DNA of 64,000 nucleotides from a virus: IMG/VR virus record IMGVR_UViG_3300047198_000026, positions 38,593 to 102,592 of that record; one strand, 5' to 3'. Shown piece by piece: positions 55,034 to 63,317 of this stretch (position 1 is its first letter; each line of letters starts with the position of its first letter). The notes under the pieces were generated by a model. It saw only the letters and a program-made list of their open reading frames with translations, ran no database searches and was not told where the DNA came from. The position numbers and the translations under genes were made by a program.

Positions 55034-57449
55034 TCACTGTCACCAATTCCCCCCAGTTAGGCCCGATGGCCACATCCACTTCCAAGGGCATCTTGAAATC
55101 TGGAAGATAGTCCTGAAAGTAGGACAGCATCACATCTTTGATCTGACCAATAAGATCAAGCTCAGACCTGTGTATGTTACACACAATACTATCATGTACT
55201 TCCAGAGTGAGAAATGACTTTCGTCCAGTAAGCAGAAGGTCAATACCAATAAGGGAATATAAAAGAATATCACTAGCCAAGGATTGAACAGGAAAGTTAA
55301 TAGCTTCACGGAAATTTTTCTCCTCTAACGCTTCCCATGAGGGAAAGCGCCTTCTCCGGCCTGTCATACTATAGACATAGCCATTCTGATTTACATAGTC
55401 TCTAATTTTGTTCATCCACTCTTGGACTTTCCAATAGGCCATAAAGAACTTTGCTAGATAGTTCTTAGCCTGATCTTCCGAACAACCCAGCCGTTCTTTG
55501 ATTCCCCAAGGGGACATCCCATAGATAATCCCAAAGTTGAAGGTTTTACCTATCAACCTCCTCTGCTCGGAAGTTACATTCTGGGGATTGATACCCAGGA
55601 TGTTGGCTGTTGTGGCCGTGTGGACATCTCCAGACAACAAGGCCTTCTTCAAGTTGTCATCCCCACTAAGTTCTGCCATCACTCTCAGCTCATGCTGATT
55701 AAAATCAAACTCTGCCAATACGTAGTCAGGGTCGGCGATGAAACAATTTCTGATGGCCACAATGTCCTTGTCTCCCTTTGGAATGTTCTGGAGGTTGGGC
55801 TTCCTTGAACTGGTTCTACCCGTCACTGTCTCTGTGAGCCAATATTGTGTGTGTATCCTGTTGTCTGGAGTCATATAATCCCGAAGTTCCTTAATAAAGG
55901 TCTTTGACATCTGATTGTATAAGGAGTACTCATACAGAAGTTTACATAGGTTAGAAGTATCCTTATACTTCTCTAAAACCTCTTGGTCAGTGGATGGTTG
56001 CCCCGTCTTGTCTGTAAACTTAAATGGAGTTAACCCCTCATACTTGTAGAGTATCTCCCTGAGCTGTGTGTGGGAATTGGGGTTAAACATCTCCCCAGAC
56101 ACCTTTACGTAGGCGGCCACTGACATCTCCTTCTGGAGTTGAGACAGAAGCGTGGATATTTGGGCTGCCACCAATCCATCGGCTGCATTGACTTTTGCTT
56201 CATCAATCAAGATTCCTTTGGCCTCTAACCTACACAGAACGTCACTAACAGGCATCATAAGTGTCTTCATAACATTCTGTAATCCCGGATCCATTCTCTT
56301 TGACTGCTCTGGTTGTATCCTACTGACAAGGTCAGTATCGATCGCATTGTAGTCCCACAATTCTTGTCCATCTACCAAATGGGGCTTGTCGGGAAGTTTG
56401 TTCTCATATCCTCCAAGTCTTGAATACTTCCAAGCCATATCCTTTAGATTGGTGCTACCTGATTTTGGAAGAAGGAACTCAGCAATCTTGGTGTCCCACA
56501 TAGACGATTTGACATCAATCTTTAGTATCTGCTTCATCCACATATTATCGAACTTGATGTTCTGTCCCATCTTGCCAATGCGTTTGGACTCAAACAGATA
56601 CTTAAGATCAAGGTAGAGCTCATCCCATTCCTTAGCTGTCCACACAGGAACATTCACAGACACTTCATGCTCTTCCATGACCGTGGTCTTAATCTGAGTT
56701 ATAGGAAGGACATATGCTATCCTGGGTGCAGTGGAAAATCCTATACACTTGATGACCATGTCAGGGGCAAAGGGATTGAGCCCATTGGTTTCAATGTCAT
56801 AGGCAAATTTGTTCTTTAAATGAGAATACAAGACAGCACTCTTGAAAGCCCGCCATTGCTCAATGGTCTTTATGACTGTGTATACCCCTTTATCTTTGGG
56901 GTCTGTCAGTTGACCACTAAGGATGATTGGGATCCTGTCAATATGGTCATAGAAAGTCTTAAGCTCCTCCTGATTTCTCAGGATGTAGGCCGGATGTAGG
57001 ATGGGCATAACCTTGTACTTCCCATATGTGAATTCATGCCCACTCTCCTTGGTTATGCCAGTGGTGCCCAGAATTGCCTTCAATGAGATGTTGCCAACTG
57101 CCACTATCAATTTGAGATTGGGCATCTCCCTTATCTCATCTTCGAAATGGGGCCAGCAGGCCTTGACCTCAGATGCCTTGGGATTCCTATTGCCAGGAGG
57201 ACGGCACTTGACAATATTTGTAATCCTGACCTTAATATTCTGAGGGAGCTGTAAGAGTCCCTCTCGCAAAAGTTTTCCAGCCCTACCCACAAAGGGTTTT
57301 CCCTGAGAATCTTCGTCACCACCCGGGGCCTCACCCGCAATCAACACCTCTGCGTCAATAGGTCCGTCTGCCTGAATAAAGGGAGTCTTAACCCCGTTAC
57401 ACAGGTCACAATTGTAACACGATTTGATTACATTTTGAGATATGTCCAT
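55017..57449 (-). CDS. polA: Family A DNA polymerase with N-terminal family-4 uracil-DNA-glycosylase-like domain and 3'-5' exonuclease
   Basis: UDG: C..C.LC, GEAPG, PFVG.AG, KCRPP.NR.P, HPAY. Exonuclease: DIET, NIKFD. Polymerase: TGRTSS..PNLQN, DFNQHELR, GKTFNFG..YG, VHDS. Confidence 0.95.
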   Translation of the reverse strand: MDISQNVIKSCYNCDLCNGVKTPFIQADGPIDAEVLIAGEAPGGDEDSQGKPFVGRAGKLLREGLLQLPQNIKVRITNIVKCRPPGNRNPKASEVKACWPHFEDEIREMPNLKLIVAVGNISLKAILGTTGITKESGHEFTYGKYKVMPILHPAYILRNQEELKTFYDHIDRIPIILSGQLTDPKDKGVYTVIKTIEQWRAFKSAVLYSHLKNKFAYDIETNGLNPFAPDMVIKCIGFSTAPRIAYVLPITQIKTTVMEEHEVSVNVPVWTAKEWDELYLDLKYLFESKRIGKMGQNIKFDNMWMKQILKIDVKSSMWDTKIAEFLLPKSGSTNLKDMAWKYSRLGGYENKLPDKPHLVDGQELWDYNAIDTDLVSRIQPEQSKRMDPGLQNVMKTLMMPVSDVLCRLEAKGILIDEAKVNAADGLVAAQISTLLSQLQKEMSVAAYVKVSGEMFNPNSHTQLREILYKYEGLTPFKFTDKTGQPSTDQEVLEKYKDTSNLCKLLYEYSLYNQMSKTFIKELRDYMTPDNRIHTQYWLTETVTGRTSSRKPNLQNIPKGDKDIVAIRNCFIADPDYVLAEFDFNQHELRVMAELSGDDNLKKALLSGDVHTATTANILGINPQNVTSEQRRLIGKTFNFGIIYGMSPWGIKERLGCSEDQAKNYLAKFFMAYWKVQEWMNKIRDYVNQNGYVYSMTGRRRRFPSWEALEEKNFREAINFPVQSLASDILLYSLIGIDLLLTGRKSFLTLEVHDSIVCNIHRSELDLIGQIKDVMLSYFQDYLPDFKMPLEVDVAIGPNWGELVTVNGNKS

Positions 57450-57457
57450 AGTTCCTC

Positions 57458-57706
57458 CTACATATTCCTGCCAATAGCATATGCTATTACATTAAGTAAA
57501 ATGAATCCAATTATATACAATGACCACCATAGGCTGTGGTGAATAGCATACCAAAGTCCGTACATTGCTCCGCCAATAGCGGCTGAACAAAGCAGCACAG
57601 TTCCGACTATTGCCCATCCAGTGCCCAATATAACTAGTTTCTCCTTAAATCCCTCCTTAAATATTCTCCACATGGTTGGTTCTCGATTCTCACTTATTTC
57701 CATCAA
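57458..57706 (-). CDS. Membrane protein with MEISEN tag
   Basis: AGGAGG RBS; two TM helices. Confidence 0.6.
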   Translation of the reverse strand: MMEISENREPTMWRIFKEGFKEKLVILGTGWAIVGTVLLCSAAIGGAMYGLWYAIHHSLWWSLYIIGFILLNVIAYAIGRNM

Positions 57707-58341
57707 TGCCTCCTGAAAGCAACGTGCTTGACCTTATTTGGTTTTGTCATACAATAGGAACAAGACTCTCCACATTTTGTAAAGTCCGCCTTATGATAGG
57801 GACAAAGTTTTTCACCCCTGTGTCTAACCATCCGATCGTCCAAGACCCGAGCTGTATTACCATTAGGATTAATCAGGTCATCATTATTAGACCCATAGGA
57901 TTGGAAGAGAATAAGATTGGATGGTAGAGGGAGTTTAAGTGACAAAATCTTAAACGACTTGGTGTAAGCATAGAAGGTATTGCCTCTACTAAGGGTAATG
58001 ATATCCAGCCAGTCTTGGAAGTATCTTCGACTATAGAAGTCACCACTCTCATGGATCCGCACGTAATGTTCTGGTCTACCCTCGAGATATTTTATTACCT
58101 TTATCCACCATCCTTTTTGTTGACTAAATTTATAATTCCTCATTCTAGATGCAACCGCCCCTAAATACATCCTCTCAATCTTCTTTTCATAACACCAGTC
58201 CTTACATTCTCCTGCCCCCGGACAGGTTATCAATCTTGGAAGATTCCAGATCAGGATGTCCTTCGACAACTTATGGTTGCCTTTACTAAAAAAGAAATCT
58301 CCCTTTGGCATTGGATATCCCTTAATGTATTTGATTCTCAT
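57703..58341 (-). CDS. GP88-family phage protein
   Basis: GNHKL...WNLP..TCPGA..C...CY, RIHESGDFYS, YAYTKS. Confidence 0.75.
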   Translation of the reverse strand: MRIKYIKGYPMPKGDFFFSKGNHKLSKDILIWNLPRLITCPGAGECKDWCYEKKIERMYLGAVASRMRNYKFSQQKGWWIKVIKYLEGRPEHYVRIHESGDFYSRRYFQDWLDIITLSRGNTFYAYTKSFKILSLKLPLPSNLILFQSYGSNNDDLINPNGNTARVLDDRMVRHRGEKLCPYHKADFTKCGESCSYCMTKPNKVKHVAFRRH

Positions 58342-58377
58342 CGTACCTCCTTCTCCTTTGGAGACCAGTGATCAAAG

Positions 58378-58560
58378 TTAGTGACAACCACAAAAGGTAT
58401 TGAAGTTATCTCCCTCATCGCCAGCCCATCTTGGTTTTTTATTTCTTTTGTTCTTTCTATGTTTATCTTTCTCAACTCCATTATTTACTTCTTTCCTTAT
58501 CTTTTTACACAAGTTGGCATAGCGGGTATCATATTTTGTATATTCATTCCGTTCTTTCAT
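58378..58560 (-). CDS. Small basic hypothetical protein
   Basis: GGAGGT RBS; ATGA overlap. Confidence 0.4.
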   Translation of the reverse strand: MKERNEYTKYDTRYANLCKKIRKEVNNGVEKDKHRKNKRNKKPRWAGDEGDNFNTFCGCH

Positions 58561-59003
58561 TTTACCTCCTTATAGATCTTAAGAACTTTATTGCAGTATC
58601 GTTGGTTTCTTCCTCCTTGAGAGTATCTTGTTTCCCCCATACTATAAGCCTGAATACCCCCCCGAAGTCCATACTTCTGTATCATATCGCTTAGATACCG
58701 ACTTCCGATATGAATGTTTGCAATAGGATCATATAGGTCTGAAATCTGAATCCCATTCTGTCTGGCATGAAATTCGGAAAGTTGCATCAGTCCGTGCCAT
58801 CTGCCCTTACCTCCTCTTGCCCTGTGGTTAAGTTCGGATTCTACTATGGCCACAGCCTTAACCAGTCTCCAGTCGATATTTGATACAGAATGGGCCTCAA
58901 ACAGATAGTCCTGTAACTTCACGTTATAGGTTGGGCAATCCAGTCTGATGGGCAACAAGACAGAGATCAGGCCCAGAGCTCCTAGGACGAGAAGTTTAAT
59001 CAT
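58557..59003 (-). CDS. Lytic transglycosylase (SLT) with N-terminal hydrophobic anchor
   Basis: LVKAVAIVES, GLMQL, DP..NI..G..YL, AYS.G. Confidence 0.85.
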   Translation of the reverse strand: MIKLLVLGALGLISVLLPIRLDCPTYNVKLQDYLFEAHSVSNIDWRLVKAVAIVESELNHRARGGKGRWHGLMQLSEFHARQNGIQISDLYDPIANIHIGSRYLSDMIQKYGLRGGIQAYSMGETRYSQGGRNQRYCNKVLKIYKEVK

Positions 59004-59308
59004 CTGGTCTCCTCTAGCCGTTCAATCATCTCCTCCTCAGGATCCTCTCCTGCCACATCATATATCTCACCAAAGGACACTATGACCTTACTCCTAGCAT
59101 AGGCCGTCTTGGACAACTTTTTATACATATTTTGTAAGGCGATGCACATCCACTCCTCTGGCTTGTCTGGGTATCTAGAATACAGAGACAGGGCAAATCG
59201 GTATCCATCTTGAACCAAGTCTTCATACTCCAACTTGAGATTCCTCTTCTGGGAAATCCTTCTGGATTTGGCTTTAATTATTGCCTCAACATTTGGGGTT
59301 AATATCAT
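59000..59308 (-). CDS. Sigma region 2-like small protein (starts MILTPN)
   Basis: LEYEDLVQDGY..AL; AGGAGG RBS. Confidence 0.45.
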   Translation of the reverse strand: MILTPNVEAIIKAKSRRISQKRNLKLEYEDLVQDGYRFALSLYSRYPDKPEEWMCIALQNMYKKLSKTAYARSKVIVSFGEIYDVAGEDPEEEMIERLEETR

Positions 59309-59320
59309 ACTATATCCTCC

Positions 59321-59533
59321 TTACTTAATCCACTCCGCTATCTTTAGCATCGCTTGGATCTTTTCTCCTCCCATATCCTTATACGCTTTCAGGTATGCCC
59401 TTACGTCTTTCTTACTTCTAAGAAGCATCGCGTTGTTAATATCAAGATCTCCCGCTGTTACTACAATATATTTGTACCGCAGGCGTTCAATCTTGTGGTC
59501 AAAACCAAAGCTGCAATCATATTCTGGTTTCAT
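59321..59533 (-). CDS. Hypothetical protein
   Basis: GAGGAGG RBS; ATGA overlap. Confidence 0.5.
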   Translation of the reverse strand: MKPEYDCSFGFDHKIERLRYKYIVVTAGDLDINNAMLLRSKKDVRAYLKAYKDMGGEKIQAMLKIAEWIK

Positions 59534-61233
59534 GTTATATCCTCCTCTACTCTTGCTATTTCATCATGGAACCTTAGATGACAGGCGCCACCTGCTGCGT
59601 ATCGGATTCGATCCACATTCACCAGACAGGATGGCTCAAAGACTCCTTCGAAGGAGGGGTTGTCTCCCTCTGTTCTATTCTTCTCTTCTCTATGTAGAAT
59701 AATGACAGCATCACTGTCTGCCTCAATATCAGCAGACCACATCAAGTCTTCAGAAGTCATTCTCCTGTTTCTAGCCCTATAGGATGGTCTCGCTATAATC
59801 AAGATGGGAATTGACAATTCCTCAGCCAACAACTTAAAGCTCTGAGTTAAGGCTGAAATCTCCTGTGTCATGGACTCGGCCTTCCTTGCTAAGAAATGCA
59901 GATTGTCAAAGGCTACAAACCCAATGTTATATCTACGAACACAACTCCTGATCGTATCTGCTATGAATGTCCACTCAACCCTATGATAGGGATGGGCAAA
60001 GTAGAAGGGAAGCTCTGCCAAGTCCTTATAGGCAGTTGCCAAATCCTCCATGTTGTTTGAGTCAGACTTTCGGAGGTGTAAGGATACAATTCGGGGCAGC
60101 ATCCTCTCTGGAGGCATTTCTAATTCAAACAGTAATGCTGGTATTCCCTTTTTGGCAATATGATACATTAGATTAAAGGTGAACGTTGTCTTCCCCACCT
60201 TGGGTTTTGAGGCAATACACCACAGGTCTCCCGGCTTCATGCGTCCTGTCAGTTTGGAAAGGGATGGCCAAGGAAACTCTATACCATCCTCCTCTTCTCC
60301 AAGATTCAACTTGCGGATAACATCCTGCATGACTCGAGCTAAGGGTCTTACGGACTCCACATCAAACTTTTCAGCCTTACCTTTTAACTCCTGAAAGTCC
60401 GACAGGCCGTGACTCCTCAGATAATCATTGACATCCTTGAATCCAATTGGAAGTCGGATATTATAGGTTCTCTCAATTCCCAGACGGGAGGCCAGTTTGG
60501 CAGCCCCCATTTGGCCAGGCTCATCTGAGTCATAGGCTATATATATTTTGGCCACCTTATCCAGTTGGACAATCCACTCGGGTTTGATTCCTTGGGCTCC
60601 GATAGGAACCCCGACCACATTGGTTATACCCACTGACCACAAAGCAAGGGCATCTGACTCTCCCTCACAAATGATTATCTCATCGGGATTTATGGCATCC
60701 TCATTAAATAGGATGGAGGGTCCACCAGCATGGCGCTTGAACTGCTTCTCTGGAGGCAATGTCCTCTTCTTTACATTGAGGATTTTATCCTTTCTCCAGA
60801 AAGGATACCATATCCAAGTCTTCTCTTCTTCAATGGATACCCCTAACTTAAAGTAAGATATGGCTTTCTCAGAGAAATGTCTATGCTGTAAGTATCTAAG
60901 AGCTTTTGGTGTGGCAAGTAGATCCTTATGGGCTTCCTCAACCTCTGGCATTAAGTCCACATCCACTTCTGTCTTGGGGATTAGGTCATGAAATGCCTGT
61001 ACCTCTTGGATGTCTTTTAGTAATCCCTTTAGAGTAAACAGGCTTCCTGCCTCCCCACACTTGTGGCAAAACCACTGTCCGGTTTCCATTGCCATATAGA
61101 AGTGTGTTCCCCCCTGATCACCGCAGAGAGGACATCGTTTCAGTAGAGCCTGATCCCCTTTATCTGAGGAGACGACCTTATACTCCCAGCCTTTTCTAGT
61201 TAGATACTCTAAGACTATTTGTTTAGTTATCAT
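59530..61233 (-). CDS. Primase-helicase (T7 gp4/Twinkle-like)
   Basis: Zn finger CPLC...CHKC; TOPRIM CEGESD and YDSDEPG; KDVND; SF4 Walker A PKVGKTT, ELEM, DNLH. Start set at MITKQ behind AGGAGG. Confidence 0.93.
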   Translation of the reverse strand: MITKQIVLEYLTRKGWEYKVVSSDKGDQALLKRCPLCGDQGGTHFYMAMETGQWFCHKCGEAGSLFTLKGLLKDIQEVQAFHDLIPKTEVDVDLMPEVEEAHKDLLATPKALRYLQHRHFSEKAISYFKLGVSIEEEKTWIWYPFWRKDKILNVKKRTLPPEKQFKRHAGGPSILFNEDAINPDEIIICEGESDALALWSVGITNVVGVPIGAQGIKPEWIVQLDKVAKIYIAYDSDEPGQMGAAKLASRLGIERTYNIRLPIGFKDVNDYLRSHGLSDFQELKGKAEKFDVESVRPLARVMQDVIRKLNLGEEEDGIEFPWPSLSKLTGRMKPGDLWCIASKPKVGKTTFTFNLMYHIAKKGIPALLFELEMPPERMLPRIVSLHLRKSDSNNMEDLATAYKDLAELPFYFAHPYHRVEWTFIADTIRSCVRRYNIGFVAFDNLHFLARKAESMTQEISALTQSFKLLAEELSIPILIIARPSYRARNRRMTSEDLMWSADIEADSDAVIILHREEKNRTEGDNPSFEGVFEPSCLVNVDRIRYAAGGACHLRFHDEIARVEEDIT

Positions 61234-61484
61234 TCGTCCTCCTGAACAGAGGTTATGTCTTTTACCCACTGTTTACATTTCAGTAATGCCTCTTGTGAAG
61301 AGGGAACAGTAGCGTCCACCATAACCTCATGCACGCTAAAGTTGGTATCTTCTGTATAGGCCATGACTCTGGCTCCACCAATAAATGAATAGACTTGAAA
61401 GTGGTTGACGCTTGACATGTTAAGGCAATAGGTTCCAGTGGTATCCCAAATCCACTGGATGCGCTTGTTCTTAGACTTTTCCAC
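61230..61484 (-). CDS. Hypothetical protein (GTG start, EKSKN variant tag)
   Basis: GAGGAGG RBS before the GTG at 61484. Confidence 0.5.
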   Translation of the reverse strand: MEKSKNKRIQWIWDTTGTYCLNMSSVNHFQVYSFIGGARVMAYTEDTNFSVHEVMVDATVPSSQEALLKCKQWVKDITSVQEDE

Positions 61485-61662
61485 TTGATTCCTCCTCAAC
61501 TATCTTACAATCTCCTCTATACTCTCTTGGTCTATGGGGTCCGTTTGGACAGGATTTTAGACACACCTCAGTGAACTCATGTTCGAACTTGTGTCGACAT
61601 CCCCCCAACCTACAAGTCTCCAGGTTGACACATCGAAACAGCCTATTCCTTGACAGTTCCAT
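61471..61662 (-). CDS. Small Cys/His-rich protein with MELSRN tag
   Basis: C....C...C.H...H...C pattern shared with the 62190 and 62404 ORFs. Confidence 0.55.
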   Translation of the reverse strand: MELSRNRLFRCVNLETCRLGGCRHKFEHEFTEVCLKSCPNGPHRPREYRGDCKIVEEESSGKV

Positions 61663-62230
61663 TCAACTTCTCCTTAAACCGTAATAGGGAATCTGTAGGG
61701 CTCCTTCCAAGTAAGTGAAACTTTGCCAACACATATTCCACATCCTCAAGAAGCTTGGCCCTCTCCTTAGGATCGTTAGGAGCTTTCTGGCCTCGGGCTT
61801 TCAAAAGTAGAGAGTAGGCCCGACTGTCCTCCTGCACTGGCCTCTTGACTTTGTCCAGAGAATATACTCGTCCTGTGGCCACCACATAAAATGAATCTCT
61901 AGCCTCATTAAGGAGGTAAGGTATGGCCATAGCCACTCTCTTTCTGGCATACCTCTTGATAGCATTGTCTGTCACCAAATGCTCTGGTGAGGGAAAGAGG
62001 GGGATACACTTACAGGCGTCTATCTGGCAATTAATGTAACCAGCGTAGTCCCCTCCTATATCGTCCACTATTTGGGCTGCCTTCTCAAGGAGTTCATAGT
62101 CAGGGGTTCCTGGCTTTGGCTTCCTCATATACTTCTGCTTATACCATAGCTTTTTGGCAGTGATATATAAGTGAATAAAATATTCAGTGTCAGGCATCTG
62201 ACTCCACCCTTTTACATTTTGATTCTTCAC
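61643..62230 (-). CDS. Hypothetical protein upstream of the primase-helicase
   Basis: 195-aa ORF; start may be the internal MPDTE. Confidence 0.55.
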   Translation of the reverse strand: MKNQNVKGWSQMPDTEYFIHLYITAKKLWYKQKYMRKPKPGTPDYELLEKAAQIVDDIGGDYAGYINCQIDACKCIPLFPSPEHLVTDNAIKRYARKRVAMAIPYLLNEARDSFYVVATGRVYSLDKVKRPVQEDSRAYSLLLKARGQKAPNDPKERAKLLEDVEYVLAKFHLLGRSPTDSLLRFKEKLNGTVKE

Positions 62231-62417
62231 ATTCTATTGTTCCACATCCTCTCCGTAATGTATATTTAGGATTGCCATTCACTGGATTGATGTAGGTAAA
62301 ACACCAAGCTGTTGGAAGGTGGACACCCATATGTAGACAATCTTTAAGCTTACCACGAGTCTCTTTGCATTTTCCTGATAAGGAACATCGATATTTGGAG
62401 TTCTTACTTATTTGCAT
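62190..62417 (-). CDS. Small Cys/His-rich protein with MQISKN tag
   Basis: KYRC.LS..C...C.H...H.P...C; paralog of the next ORF. Confidence 0.55.
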   Translation of the reverse strand: MQISKNSKYRCSLSGKCKETRGKLKDCLHMGVHLPTAWCFTYINPVNGNPKYTLRRGCGTIECEESKCKRVESDA

Positions 62418-62610
62418 GGGTTACCTTCTTACATGGATGACTCGTACACCTCTCAATTCCGTCCCCTCTCTGGGAAAAGTGAAGTCCGTTTCGAAAACCC
62501 CGAAACCGAAAACACAGATTGTCTGGCGTGTGGGGGTTTCCATGAATGCAAAACTTTCCACAAGTCTTAGATATAGGGCATTGGTACTTAACGTTTTCAC
62601 TTATTTGCAT
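62404..62610 (-). CDS. Small Cys/His-rich protein with MQISEN tag
   Basis: KYQCPIS..C...C.H...H.P...C; start reassigned to 62610. Confidence 0.55.
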   Translation of the reverse strand: MQISENVKYQCPISKTCGKFCIHGNPHTPDNLCFRFRGFRNGLHFSQRGDGIERCTSHPCKKVTHANK

Positions 62611-62719
62611 ATCGTCGCATCCATACGTTATAGTCAGACACAAAGTAACTGGGAAAGGAATGGCTCACCCATCCCATCCTCCAAAAGCTATAGTAGATGT
62701 CATTCTCACTTATTTGCAT
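62597..62719 (-). CDS. Small protein with MQISEN tag
   Basis: ATG at 62719 behind GAGG. Confidence 0.5.
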   Translation of the reverse strand: MQISENDIYYSFWRMGWVSHSFPSYFVSDYNVWMRRYANK

Positions 62720-62868
62720 GCCGAACCTCATACCTTCTGTCCTTATGTTTAACCCCCTTATATTCCTTCCAAATGCCACTCTCTTGTGTCCACACAAGGC
62801 AGTTGCCACTAGGTCTGCCTTCAGGACATCTAGGTGTCTTTGGCTTAGTGGTCAGTATGTCTTCAATT

Positions 62869-63177
62869 TTATGGTCCATTTTTTAGTTTTCCCTCCTTCA
62901 ATTCCTGTGGTGATGGATGAACAGTTTGCCAACCTTTGCCTGACCATTGGCCAGAAATGGTTGAACAATAGATGTCATGTTTCTCCAATAGGAGACAATG
63001 GAGCTTCATGAGTAGACCATTGGTTTTACACCTCTTGTCACAAGGATTCATCGAAGTTTTGTAACAACATCTTACATATCCCTCAACTTGATAGATCAGA
63101 GGGTGCTCTCCTGATCCTGGAGAAATATAATCGCCCTCATAAAATAACAATTTTCGTCTATTCTTGGATAATTGCAT
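62869..63177 (-). CDS. Hypothetical protein with MQLSKN tag
   Basis: First ORF downstream of the tRNA; AAGG RBS. Confidence 0.5.
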   Translation of the reverse strand: MQLSKNRRKLLFYEGDYISPGSGEHPLIYQVEGYVRCCYKTSMNPCDKRCKTNGLLMKLHCLLLEKHDIYCSTISGQWSGKGWQTVHPSPQELKEGKLKNGP

Positions 63178-63193
63178 AGGATACCTTAAAAAA

Positions 63194-63270
63194 TGGGGTG
63201 ACAGTCGGAGCAGGTTTTCCGAACCTTGGGGGCCACATCCCCACGTGCTACCAATTTACACCACTGTCAC
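63194..63270 (-). tRNA. tRNA-His(GUG), atypical T-loop
   Basis: Acceptor GTGACAG/CTGTCAC + C73 + CCA; D-arm GTGT/GCAC; anticodon stem TGGGG/CCCCA with loop AT-GTG-GC; T-stem TCGGA/TCCGA with non-canonical loop AAACCTGC. Confidence 0.75.
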
Positions 63271-63317
63271 ACTCTAATTCAATTTGACTGTCAATAGAAG
63301 TCATTGACAGAACTTAC

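Noticed and set aside
63289-63311. Inverted repeat CTGTCAAT-N7-ATTGACAG containing TTGACA as a sigma70 promoter
   Set aside because: There is no convincing -10 hexamer at proper spacing on the minus strand; it could be an operator or hairpin but is unsupported.
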